Of a DNA stretch of 44,782 nt, positions 1 through 11,772 are shown piece by piece. The stretch comes from Octopus bimaculoides (lineage: Eukaryota), in contig NC_068981.1 of NCBI RefSeq assembly GCF_001194135.2, positions 193,870,165-193,914,946 of the forward strand, read 5' to 3'. The translations under genes and the position numbers were made by a program. Numbering within the stretch: the stretch's first letter is position 1; the number at the start of each line of letters is the position of its first letter. Below the pieces are notes generated by a model that did not search any database, was not told the origin of the DNA, and worked only from the letters and a program-made list of their open reading frames with translations.

Positions 1-646
1 GCATCGCAAGTCACAATCCGGTTGAGAAATGGGTCGTTCTTGTTGCGTATAAGAAGGGAAGACGACACTTCAAAACGGCGTTTGTTTTTTGGTTGTCATT
101 CAATTTGTGTGGCACCCATTTCTCAAGTATTTTTGTTTCTCCAATCTCTTTCAAGTGGTTGGAAATTGTTGTATACATTACATCTAATTCAGAAGCAAGC
201 TCTCGGACAGTTGTGCTTGGATTGGCTTCCACTAAGGCTCTTAGTTGATCATTGTCAACATCCGATGGCCGACCACTACGCTTATCATCTTCAAGACTCT
301 TGTCACCGCTACGAAATTTCTTGCGCCACCATTGTGCTGTACGTTCATTAGTGGTTCCTGGGCCAAACACATTGTTGATATCACGAGCTGTTTCAGCAGC
401 TTTTCAGCCTAGCTTGAAATGGAATAAGAAAATTGTGCAAATTTGCTTTTTGTCCATGTTGTATTCAATGTTCCGGAAAAAATGGCCTAATTATTCAAAA
501 AGAAAGAGAGTAACACGATTAGATAGAGCGAAAAACATGTTTTAAAATGATATATAAAGTCAAAGTAATTTAACGAAAATTAATTTCAAAATATATCATT
601 TAGAACCATAATTAAAAATTCTGCAAGAACTTTCTTGACAACCTAA
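1..646 (-). mobile_element. Mariner (Tc1/mariner) transposon, left end plus decayed 5' half of transposase
   Basis: TIR-like end TTAGGTTGTCAAGAAAGTT (minus) ends at 646, followed by TA at 647-648. The transposase starts at ATG 457 (MDKKQICTIFLFHFKLG*KAAETARDINNVFGPGTTNERTAQWW...KRSGRP...WVPHKL), with an in-frame TGA at 406-404. After a frameshift near 85 it reads KRRFEVSSSLLIRNKNDPFLNRIVTCD, reaching the first catalytic D. The element runs off the window edge. Confidence 0.93.
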
Positions 647-659
647 TATACAACAAATG

Positions 660-780
660 CAAGCCAGAAGATGGAATATATGAGAATTTGTAATTAATGA
701 CGACAATTGTTTCGACACATCTAGTATCGAGTCCTCTTGGGTGGGAAACTCAACAACTGGTTCAGGAATATCCCGTGGTG
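660..780 (-). mobile_element. Possible Penelope-like terminal-repeat remnant with degenerate hammerhead motif
   Basis: Minus strand reads CCCAAGA-G-GAC...GTC-GAAAC-AATT-GTC (GAAAC at 713-709, GTC at 704-702). Stem III is palindromic and the GUC triplet is present, but the CUGANGA core has 2 mismatches and stem I does not pair. Confidence 0.35.
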
Positions 781-1878
781 CAGATGTATCTCGGATGATA
801 AATAAATAAAAACAACTCATTAAAATAACTGTTCCACAAGGTAACTTTTGTTCTGTAGTGAGAAAAGAATGGCCAGACAGAGGAAAAATCTTCATACATA
901 TAGAAGATCAAAAATAAAATTGCAGAAGGCAAAAAGAGAAACGAACACGTAATCCAGCGAGAAAAGTATTGATAAATATAGATACACACACACACATTTA
1001 TGAATTTGTGTTGAAAGATTCTTGATGTGAAACCGTGTGTTGAAACAGATATTGTTGTATTTCAGGATGGTCTTTTTTTTTTTTTTCCTTTTTGCCAAAT
1101 AAACACACGCACTATATATTCGTTCTTCACTTGTTTATTATTGTTCTTATTCTAACCCATGTCCATTGTCTGAAAATCTTTCTATCCTTAAATAGACTAA
1201 GTGGAGCAAGAGCACACAGAAAGACGGAAAGTGTCGCTAAAGAGGTCACAGATGAGTGATGAAAGAGTTGTGGACAATGGACATGAGTTAGAATAAGAAC
1301 AGTAATTGACGAGTGAAGAATGAATATATGGTGTGTGTGCTTATTTGGCGAGAAAGAAAAACAAATGACCATCTTGAAATACAATATATATACACTCACA
1401 CACGCATGCACATATATACACTCTACATGAATTTTGACTGTATTTTGAAATCTAAGATGGCCTACGAAATAAATAGTGGTGTGGAAGGGGGTGTTTCTTA
1501 AGGACAGTGCTCCATCATGGCCACAGTTCAATGACTGAAATCAAGGAAGAGAATAGAAACACAAATATTGCTCCTTCTATTTGCCGAAATGAGTAATAAG
1601 CCCACATGGTGCCTATTTACAGTTATCTAGACTGAGCCACTAAAAGATTATCAGGAACATTGCTAGCACCAATGACACAATCGAAACTGTGAAATGTTTA
1701 TCCTATAGAATAACATCTTTCTTAATGGGCCAACAGTAACCAGTTTCCCCCTATCAATGCAGTCATTCACCTGGCTAGAAACAGCAGCTAAGTCTTCCTT
1801 TTCAACTTTCTTTTTAACCACAGTGCACTAATTGAAATGCTAAATGCATTGCAGCACATTATCAGCTTTATTAAAAAA

Positions 1879-1969
1879 CTAGCAGAAATACCCGGCGTTG
1901 CCCGAGTTAAAGAGAATAATGAAATCTAAAAACGCCGTCTAGACTACGCATCATCTTTATATATAGAGA
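1879..1969 (-). mobile_element. Miniature non-autonomous Helitron (91 bp)
   Basis: Minus strand: A|TCTCTATATATAAAG...CTCGGGCAACGCCGGG (subterminal GC hairpin)...CTAG|T. This gives a 5' TC, a 3' CTAG and insertion between A and T, with no TSD. Confidence 0.75.
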
Positions 1970-3084
1970 TGTATATACACACACGCACCCAAACACACGT
2001 ATATATATGTATATCAATATAAATATATGAAAGTCAATGAAGTTTCGTAAAAGAAGGTGATCATGTACATACTTTCTTGCTGTTGTGATTATAACACCTC
2101 ATTGTAAACTATGTTCCTTGTTTTCCCTTGTGGAGCATATACAAATAGGTTTTTTGTTGCTGCCCACTCTTGAGCAGCCAACATACAGTTGTCCATGTGA
2201 GAAGCAGGGCTCTTNNNNNNNNNNNNNNNNNNNNNNNNNNNNNNNNNNNNNNNNNNNNNNNNNNNNNNNNNNNNNNNNNNNNNNNNNNNNNNNNNNNNNN
2301 NNNNNNNNNNNNNNNNNNNNNNNNNNNNNNNNNNNNNNNNNNNNNNNNNNNNNNNNNNNNNNNNNNNNNNNNNNNNNNNNNNNNNNNNNNNNNNNNNNNN
2401 NNNNNNNNNNNNNNNNNNNNNNNNNNNNNNNNNNNNNNNNNNNNNNNNNNNNNNNNNNNNNNNNNNNNNNNNNNNNNNNNNNNNNNNNNNNNNNNNNNNN
2501 NNNNNNNNNNNNNNNNNNNNNNNNNNNNNNNNNNNNNNNNNNNNNNNNNNNNNNNNNNNNNNNNNNNNNNNNNNNNNNNNNNNNNNNNNNNNNNNNNNNN
2601 NNNNNNNNNNNNNNNNNNNNNNNNNNNNNNNNNNNNNNNNNNNNNNNNNNNNNNNNNNNNNNNNNNNNNNNNNNNNNNNNNNNNNNNNNNNNNNNNNNNN
2701 NNNNNNNNNNNNNNNNNNNNNNNNNNNNNNNNNNNNNNNNNNNNNNNNNNNNNNNNNNNNNNNNNNNNNNNNNNNNNNNNNNNNNNNNNNNNNNNNNNNN
2801 NNNNNNNNNNNNNNNNNNNNNNNNNNNNNNNNNNNNNNNNNNNNNNNNNNNNNNNNNNNNNNNNNNNNNNNNNNNNNNNNNNNNNNNNNNNNNNNNNNNN
2901 NNNNNNNNNNNNNNNNNNNNNNNNNNNNNNNNNNNNNNNNNNNNNNNNNNNNNNNNNNNNNNNNNNNNNNNNNNNNNNNNNNNNNNNNNNNNNNNNNNNN
3001 NNNNNNNNNNNNNNNNNNNNNNNNNNNNNNNNNNNNNCTCTCTCTTTCTGTCTCTCTCTTTCTCTCTTTCTCTCTCTGTGAAAG

Positions 3085-3350
3085 TATCTGTCACTACAGT
3101 ATCGAAATGTGATTGTTTCAGTTAGTGGAATAGTTTCATTTTTAAAGTGAAAGTATTTGACATGAGTGTTTTTGTTTCACTTTTGACACGTAATACTTAT
3201 ATAGTGGAGGAGATATTATGTTGCCGTGTGCTCGAACTCTGCAAGAAGTTAATAATTTTTTTTGACTAAAACACAACTGGAACCCTAAGTAAGGCATGTG
3301 TAAAATTTGAATGAAATTGGTTGCGTAGTTCTCGAGTTTTAGGGATTCAC

Positions 3351-3381
<31 letters not shown>

Positions 3382-3403
3382 TTCTCATTTTTATATATAT
3401 AGA
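3085..3403 (-). mobile_element. Helitron-like non-autonomous element, 5' part
   Basis: Minus strand starts A|TCTATATATATAAAAATGAGAA, then (TGTC)n, then ACTACGCAACCAATTTCATTCAAATTTTACAC, a layout typical of non-autonomous Helitron 5' ends. The 3' end was not found and may lie in the 2215-3037 gap. Confidence 0.55.
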
Positions 3404-3668
3404 TGATTTGGATAAACACAACTTTTAGACTTATTTAATTTCATTTAAATTATGAAATGGTTATGTAATTATGTATAACAGTTATGTAATTATACATTTG
3501 GTGGTGTTTATCTTTATGAAACAGCTGTTGAGCATAATTAAAGTATGAAGTGTATGTGAAATTTATGCTTTTCTATTAAATATGTTGCTCTTTTGCTGCA
3601 CCACTAAGTTGCAGAGATGTAAACAAACCAACACTTATTGGGGGGGGGGGCATACACACATATCTGTA

Positions 3669-3764
<96 letters not shown>

Positions 3765-3769
3765 CACAC

Positions 3770-3937
3770 ACACATACAACATGGTTTCACACAGTTTCCA
3801 CCTACCAAATTCACTCATAAGGCATCGTTCAGCCCAGGGCTATAGTGGAATGCATTTGTCCAAAGTGTCATGCAGTGGAACTGAGCCCCAAAGCCATGTG
3901 GGTGCAAAGCAAACTTCTTCACCATACAGCCAAGTCT
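3770..3937 (-). mobile_element. tRNA-derived SINE family A (diverged copy)
   Basis: Matches better copies at 37485-37835, 41722-41890 and 43135-43292 (head TGGCTGTGTGGTAAGAAGCTTGCTT...GGTTCAGTCCCACTG, core CCTTGGGCAAGTGTCTTCTACTATAGCC). Confidence 0.75.
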
Positions 3938-5239
3938 AGCGACTTATTTTGAGAAGAAATCTTTTACTTCCTTTTAATGGAGCAGTGGTGCTTTCTTGTG
4001 TGTCTCTGTGCATGACAGGGGAATGGCAGGGGGTAAAGTGACAACTTGTATTGTTTCTACATCTTCTGAGATGCCAAATATAGAGGAATCACAATATTTT
4101 TATAACACTTCTTCTTACTAAAACATGTACAACATAAATTTTCTTGTAATATTTTAAGAATAAAATTTTAAAATGTTGAATATTTTAAATTTTCTTTTTG
4201 TTCTTATTCCATCATCATTGTTTTTAATGTCCATTTTCCTCTGCTTGCATGGTCAGGTAGGGTTTATTGAAGCAGATTCTCTACAGCTGGATACCCATCT
4301 TGTCGCCAACCCTCACTTGTTTCCAAACAAAGTACTATTTCTCCATGGCCAGACATGTTTTTCACAGAGTACTGGAAGTGAACGACACTGCTAGTATGAC
4401 AGTGACACTCATTTACATCTATCAGACAATGTCAATACATGGACACACAAACATATACACACTCATACCCTGTCTTATTAACACACACACACATATGCAC
4501 CTCTTCACCATCATCATCACCGTCATAATTTAATGTCTGTTTTTCATGCTGGCATGGATTTGATGATTTGACAAGAGTTGGCAAGCCAGGGAGCTGCACC
4601 AGGATCCAATCATCTGTTTTGGCATGGTTTCTACTGCTGGAAGCCCTTCCTATCACCAACAACTCCACAGAGTGCATCATGTACTTTTTACATGACACCA
4701 GCACAGGCGCTTTTCATGTAGCACCAGGGTTTCTTTTAGTTTCTATTCTCCAGTCCACTCACAAAGCTTTGGTCAGTTTGGAATTCAAGAGCGAACTATT
4801 GGACCACAGAGTCACACTTAAAAAAAAAAAAAACACATACAGCAAAAGTAAATAAAACAACTCTAAATAAAAACACAAGCAACATGAATATAAAATAATT
4901 TTAATTCTTTAATTTTCTAGGTTTTTCTTTTAATTATGAGTAAATGTTACTGAAAGAAATAACCAGAACATTTTATTAACAGATGAAACAGGATGAAAAC
5001 ACCATATAAATACTTTTAACATATAGAATTTAGTACAAACACCAACAATTATTTACATATGAGTATATACGTACGTATACATACATACATATTCATATAT
5101 ATATATATATATATATATATGCATTTATATGTGTGTGTATATATAGATACATATATAAACACTTACATATAAACACTTTTGTATTATTGTATATCACATG
5201 CATGTGACGTCAACACATTAAACGTCAATAAATACATTG

Positions 5240-5323
<84 letters not shown>

Positions 5324-5701
5324 CTTTCATTCTCACTTTCTCTTTCTCTGTCGCTTTTTCTCTTTCGCTCTGTAAACCCTCTGCAAGAATCAAGCAACAA
5401 TATTGCAGAAAGCCAACTGAATAGGAATAACAAATGAAAACAAAACCAACAGGCTAGAATGATTTCGACAGAGGCATGTAAGGTTCATATTTACAAGAGC
5501 AGGTAACTGAGAAGTTGTTATGTTTATGGTTTTTTTCCCCAACAAGTATTGAGGACATACGAAACAGCATATTACTACTACCACCTCGATATACATGTTA
5601 ATGTTATATATAATATCACAGATACGTAATATCATAATAGATAACTTAACATTTATATATATATACTTCAGTTCTATATTTAAGAGATGAGGAATTATGT
5701 A

Positions 5702-5837
5702 CATTATTTACATTTGATGGATATTTCTCGTCATCTTGTTTGTTGTTAACACGTTTCGGCTGATATACCCTCCAGCCTTCATCAGGGGTCTTGGGGAAAT
5801 TTCGAACCTGGGTTCTCATTCCTAAGGTATTTTTTGA

Positions 5838-5896
<59 letters not shown>

Positions 5897-6019
5897 TCAC
5901 TGCCTTGAATAGAACTCGGAATCTTGGGGCTAGTAGACCACTCTCTTAAGAGCGTGGTTAAGAGCGCAGGCTACTAACCCCAAGATTCCGAGTTTGATTC
6001 GAGGCAGTAACCGGAATAA

Positions 6020-6050
<31 letters not shown>

Positions 6051-6216
6051 TATTATTATTATTATTATAATAACATTGCAAAATACCTTAGGAATGAGAA
6101 CCCAGGTTCGAAATTTCCCCAAGACCCCTGATGAAGGCTAGAGGGTATATCAGCCAAAATGCATTAACAACAAACAAGATGAGGACAAATATCTGTCAAA
6201 TGTAAATAATGTAAAT
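5702..6216. mobile_element. Head-to-head inverted pair of a tRNA-headed, hammerhead-tailed retroposon (~515-bp palindrome)
   Basis: Arms 5702-5949 and 5958-6216 are reverse complements. Each reads outward: tRNA-like head, (AAT)n, conserved body, CTGATGA-A-GGCTG-loop-CAGCC-GAAAC, then AT-rich tail CAAATGTAAATAATG. Confidence 0.85.
5748..5790 (-). ncRNA. Minimal hammerhead-ribozyme-like motif (left arm)
   Basis: CTGATGA (5785-5779), an extra A, stem II GGCTG/CAGCC, GAAAC (5757-5753) and palindromic ACGT stem III. The cleavage triplet and stem I are degenerate in this copy. The right-arm copy (CTGATGA 6128-6134) has GAAAC mutated to AAAAT. Confidence 0.6.
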
Positions 6217-6499
6217 GATATATATATATATAGATTAATATATACATTATATCATTATGTTAATGTTATATATAATATCACAGATACGTAATATAATAGA
6301 TAACATATATATATATATATTAATATATGTATTATATCATTGAATCATTGCATCACCCACAGTATCAGATGTTTTTATACATTGCTGATCGCAACGCATT
6401 TTCTCACAACGGTGTAGCTTTATATATTCATTGGTAAATATGTTATTCATATACATTTACGTATATGTATATGCCAACATATTTGTTAGCATATGTATA

Positions 6500-6616
6500 G
6501 CAAGAATGAAAGAAACCAGGTTGCTGTGTCAAATTTCATATGGTGAACTTTCCACTGGAAGAAGACTCTGTGGCCGTCCCTTCCATCGATACAAGGATCA
6601 GCTGAAGCAAAGCTGA
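6500..6616 (+). mobile_element. RTE-clade LINE ORF2 fragment
   Basis: ARMKETRLLCQISYGELSTGRRLCGRPFHRYKDQLKQS resembles the post-RT RTE motif RMxxxRLPxxxxYGELxxGxRxxGRPxxRYKD. Confidence 0.8.
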
Positions 6617-6618
6617 TG

Positions 6619-6660
<42 letters not shown>

Positions 6661-8295
6661 TGCAGAAGGCCTAAAATTTGTGGGGAGGAGGCTAGTGAAT
6701 TACACCAGCCCCAGTGTGTTATTGGTTCTTATTTCATGAATCCCAAAAGGATGAAAGGCAAAGTAGAATTTGTAGAGAGTTCAAAAGGTAGAATTTGAAT
6801 TCAGAAAATAAGGACAAACGAAAATGCTATTCAGCATTTTGCCTGGAACTGCTAAAGATTCTGCCAGCACACCACCTTAATAACAACAACAACAACAACA
6901 ACCAAAACTGTGACGATACAGGCAGAAAACCTTGATGATGATGATGATGATGATGATGACAATGACGATGACGACGACGATGATGACAATGATGATAGCA
7001 AGAACAACAACAATAATAAAATGAATAAATAAATGAATATTACATAAAATAACAGCTCACAACACAGGTGATATCCCTCGGTTAATCATGATATATCCAT
7101 AGATAAGAATTGAAATGATATTGTTTATCTAACACCCTAGATGCACCAAACAAATGATGCCAGTCTTCCTTGGGTATAAACAGTGGTTTAAAATAACACA
7201 TGTTGGCATCAAATATGGTGCGTATTAATACATATATATGCCAGAACTCTGATGGTGCTGTTCTTTAGAGCACAGAGGGGTGTGGTCATGTTTACATGAA
7301 CAGGTGAAAATTAGAGCAACTCCCTAACACATCATTCATGTAGCAGATGTTGGCATGGAATTTGCAGTCTTACCTGTGAATGTACACACACCAGTAAATA
7401 TACACACATAGATGCATATACATATACATATATACATATACATATACATATATACATATACATATGCATATATNNNNNNNNNNNNNNNNNNNNNNNNNNN
7501 NNNNNNNNNNNNNNNNNNNNNNNNNNNNNNNNNNNNNNNNNNNNNNNNNNNNNNNNNNNNNNNNNNNNNNNNNNNNNNNNNNNNNNNNNNNNNNNNNNNN
7601 NNNNNNNNNNNNNNNNNNNNNNNNNNNNNNNNNNNNNNNNNNNNNNNNNNNNNNNNNNNNNNNNNNNNNNNNNNNNNNNNNNNNNNNNNNNNNNNNNNNN
7701 NNNNNNNNNNNNNNNNNNNNNNNNNNNNNNNNNNNNNNNNNNNNNNNNNNNNNNNNNNNNNNNNNNNNNNNNNNNNNNNNNNNNNNNNNNNNNNNNNNNN
7801 NNNNNNNNNNNNNNNNNNNNNNNNNNNNNNNNNNNNNNNNNNNNNNNNNNNNNNNNNNNNNNNNNNNNNNNNNNNNNNNNNNNNNNNNNNNNNNNNNNNN
7901 NNNNNNNNNNNNNNNNNNNNNNNNNNNNNNNNNNNNNNNNNNNNNNNNNNNNNNNNNNNNNNNNNNNNNNNNNNNNNNNNNNNNNNNNNNNNNNNNNNNN
8001 NNNNNNNNNNNNNNNNNATTATATATCCATCACAGCCAAATTTCACACTGGGTGTATTAATTAAATAACTGGAGGTTAGATAACAGCACAGTTATGAAAT
8101 ATTGCATGCTCATCTGTGACAGCAGATATGGAAGAGAAAATGTGGTGACTGCTCTTCATTATTTGAGGTGAAAAACCACATCCAGTTTGCGGATGCTGTG
8201 AAAAGGACAAAATATACTGAAGTAGAATTATATCAAGGGTCATATCCCTTGGCCCCAAAGCTCTCTGAAGTCTGCAAAAGTTTTCTGAGAATATA

Positions 8296-8501
8296 TTAGG
8301 TTGGTGCATAATTATAGCAGCTTTTTTTTCAATAAATTTTATTCAACAAAAAATTTAAACAAAATGCCAAGCAGAAATTGAAGTAAATGGTGAATATGCT
8401 CCATAATAATCATTTAAAGATGTTTTTGTTAAATGTTCTTAATGTTTTTGTTGAATAAAATTTATTGGAAAAAAAATGCAGCAATTGTGCACCAACCTTA
8501 A
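8296..8501. mobile_element. Mariner-derived MITE
   Basis: TA|TTAGGTTGGTGCATAATT... and ...AATTGTGCACCAACCTTAA|TA. The inverted match extends about 55 bp inward and both ends are flanked by TA. Confidence 0.88.
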
Positions 8502-9124
8502 TACTTAGGGGTATTAAGCATATAGGGTTTGGGGGTGGAGAGGTGAGAATGTTGGGTGGATTCCCAAATGCTTAAGCTCTTATTGTGTCAGTGTGTTTGT
8601 GTGTGTTTTGTTTAAATTCTTTGTTGGTTTCTCTAGAAATGGTGATGAAAGAGCAGAAAGATATATTTCATCATACCCATGGGCCCTATTATGATTATCA
8701 GCAGTTCTCCAGCATTGGCCTTTCACCACCATACCCTGAGAATCCAGCAAAGAGTTTAACTAAAATATACACAAACACTTACATCAACACAGAAGTGTCC
8801 TAACATGGCCTCAAGCAGTTGGGCACCTGCTCAGCACACCAATATCCTTCGCAAAAATACCCTGCACATATGATACCCCTACACACATTCCAGCCTTATA
8901 CAAATGCCAACCCTTAACTCCTACAGACTTAGAAAATTCTTGTAGACCAACAGCACAGGGACCTTTGGGGCCAAGGAACATAGCTCTTGGCATAACTTTT
9001 GTTCAGTTTTTTTCATCATTTTACACAATACTCATAAAACTGATGTGATTTTCCACTTTCAGTAAGGGAGAGCATTCGCCATATTTTTTTTCTATACCTG
9101 CTAGCTCTGATGAGCATGTGGTAT

Positions 9125-9358
9125 TTATTTATTTATTGCCCACAGGGGGCTAAACATAGAGGGGGAGAAACAAAGACAGACAATGGGTTTAAGTCAATTA
9201 CATAGTCCCCAGTTCCTAACTGGTACTTAATTTATCGACCCCGAAAGGATGAAAGGCAAAGTCAACCTCGGCGGAATTTGAACTCAGAACGTAACGGTAG
9301 ACGAAATACCGCTAAGCATTATGCCCGGTGTGCTAACGATTCTGCCAGCTCGCCGCCC
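9125..9358 (-). mobile_element. tRNA-derived SINE family B (Deu/Nin-like central domain), near full length
   Basis: Head GGCGGCGAGCTGGCAGAATCGTTAGCAC, B-box-like GAGTTCAAATTCC, core GCCTTTCATCCTTTCGGGGTCGATAAATTAAGTACCAG. Other copies (approximate): 6665-6880, 11570-11925, 11930-12120, 13378-13590, 19745-19950, 20475-20690, 21700-21908 and 42455-42605 (all -); 37245-37465 and 39470-39680 (+). Confidence 0.85.
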
Positions 9359-10275
9359 TGTGGTATTACGTTGCCATGCTGTTATCTAACATCTGTTTTG
9401 ATACTCAGTGTGAAACTGATCGGTAAGACCAGCTATAATGGATTTATAATATCCATACTATTGACAAATATACAAATGCATATTTTTTTCTGACTTGGGG
9501 ATTCTTAGAGAATATGTGTGCTGGATGGATGATGGTGGAAGTGCATAAATCCAGTGCCATTTCTCATAGGTTTTATGTTTGGTTTAATATCCATTTTGTT
9601 TTTCCAGCAAACACAATTCCGTGGACAGACGTGCCCAAACTGAGCGGAAAGAAGATGTATTTGGTGTCAGAAAAGCAGGTCAGAGAACGATCAGCAGTAG
9701 AGTTGTGATATTTGATAATTGATATGAACCGTAGGGCAGAGGATGGCCACTAACGGAGCAATTGCAAACAGAGATAATGTAGTGTGGTCAGTGATGGAGT
9801 GGACACAGCAGTATAATATGTCATCATAATTTAACATCTGTTTTCCACGCTGGAAAGGGTTGGACAGTTTGACAGAAGCTACCAAGGTTGGGAGCCACAC
9901 CAGGTTCCGTTGTTTGTTTTGGCCTGGTTTCTACAACTGGATGCACTTCCTAATGCCAACCACTTTACAGAGTGTGTTGGGTGCTTTTAACATGGCACCA
10001 GCACCAACAGGGTCACCAAGTGTTTTATAAGACAAAAAACTCCTCACCTTTGAGTGGGGAGTAGTATTCAGGATGTTTGGCTTTGTGCCGGTTGAGAGAT
10101 TAAAGATACAGAAGGACAGAGATGGATGACTTGCTGTACAGCAAGATGGCGTTAGTATATTAACCAAAACATTTTAAATTTTTAATAACAATTCATTATC
10201 TTATGAGAAGAACCGTTCTTCACCACTCGTCTTCAAAACCATTTTCTCTTTCACGCCCCAAAACTCTACTTCTTG

Positions 10276-10331
<56 letters not shown>

Positions 10332-11204
10332 TGTACATGTGTGTATGTGTGGGTGTAAGAGAGATTGTGGGGAAGAAAATCGGTAGTTCCATATATATAT
10401 ATATANNNNNNNNNNNNNNNNNNNNNNNNNNNNNNNNNNNNNNNNNNNNNNNNNNNNNNNNNNNNNNNNNNNNNNNNNNNNNNNNNNNNNNNNNNNNNNN
10501 NNNNNNNNNNNNNNNNNNNNNNNNNNNNNNNNNNNNNNNNNNNNNNNNNNNNNNNNNNNNNNNNNNNNNNNNNNNNNNNNNNNNNNNNCCTCTGTGCGTG
10601 TGCATGTGTGTGTGTGTGTGTGTGTGTATTTTTAATGGATAATCTAAACCTAATTAATTGTTCTAAAAGTGAACATTTTTCCTCCAGAATATAAGAAATC
10701 TTTTATTTCAAGTTAAAATGAAAATCTAAACTTTGTAATGTCTCACCTGAGATGATGAAATTCCACTCTCATCCATATTGTTTCAGCTTTGACAAGTGAG
10801 GAAGTAACAGTCTTTTAGCAAACCACTTCCTCGACAGACGTACGTTAACCTTTCAAGCAACACTACACACTGTATGTGGTACCTTAGATCTATACAGTTC
10901 CGCTAGAGATGCTGGTGGAGTTAAATTGCTGACATTATGAAGACATGCCTCAATGAGAGAGGAGATAATTTGATCGACTAAAGTGTCAAAATAACATTGA
11001 TAACTGATTATACGATCATTATTTGATCAATAATTATTACAATTCACACAGAGACTATTGTGATAGTAGATAGCATTAGCTTGTTACAATTATGAGTACA
11101 TTAGTTCATTTCAAGTTCTTTACAGATTTTAGGGTCTTCAGTTCCTTCTTAGAGTCATTATTATCATCATTATCATCATCATCATCATCACCATTATTAT
11201 TGTT

Positions 11205-11239
<35 letters not shown>

Positions 11240-11312
11240 GTTTTTCATGCTGGGATAGGCTGAACAGTTTGACAGGATCCAGCAAGGTGAAGGATAATGT
11301 GATCCCTTAACT

Positions 11313-11479
11313 CAGTGGTTCCCAACCCTTTCATTTAAATGAGTTTTCTCACAGACCCCTTTTAATATGCTTGTCCTTATATATAATATATATTTGAAAT
11401 TTTGAATTTAGTTCATGGACCCCCAGCACTACCTTTGCGAACCACCAGGCATCTGTGGACCCCAGGTTGGGAACCACTA
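11313..11479. mobile_element. hAT-family MITE
   Basis: TIRs CAGTGGTTCCCAACC / GGTTGGGAACCACT(A) with a decayed 8-bp TSD, CCTTAACT vs CCCTAACA (6/8). A partial end of a related copy lies near 42075-42145. Confidence 0.8.
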
Positions 11480-11674
11480 CCCTAACATCTCGGTTTCAGA
11501 ATGTTTTCTATGGCTGGATGCCCTACCTTACCATCAACCCACCTTCACAAAAGAGGAGAGGAAAGGGTGAATTTGGGCAAGAAATAGGTTTTTAAATTTG
11601 GCACAAGGCCAACAATTTCAGGGATGACAGTTAGTCAAATGCATCAGCCTCGGTGTCCAGTTAGTACTTATCAA

Positions 11675-11772
11675 TCCACCAGCTAGTACTTCTACCAACT
11701 AGTACTTCCACTAGCTAGTACTTCCACTGGCTAGTATTTCCACCAACTAGTACTTCCGCCAACTAGTGCTTA
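11675..11772. repeat. 16-bp minisatellite (CTAGTACTTCCACCAG-like, 6 units) inside a family B SINE
   Basis: CTAGT(A/G) recurs at 11683, 11699, 11715, 11731, 11747 and 11763. Confidence 0.85.

Noticed and set aside
5952-6005. tRNA gene
   Set aside because: There is no acceptor stem, the B-box is mutated, and it continues into a repeat body present twice. It is a SINE-type head.
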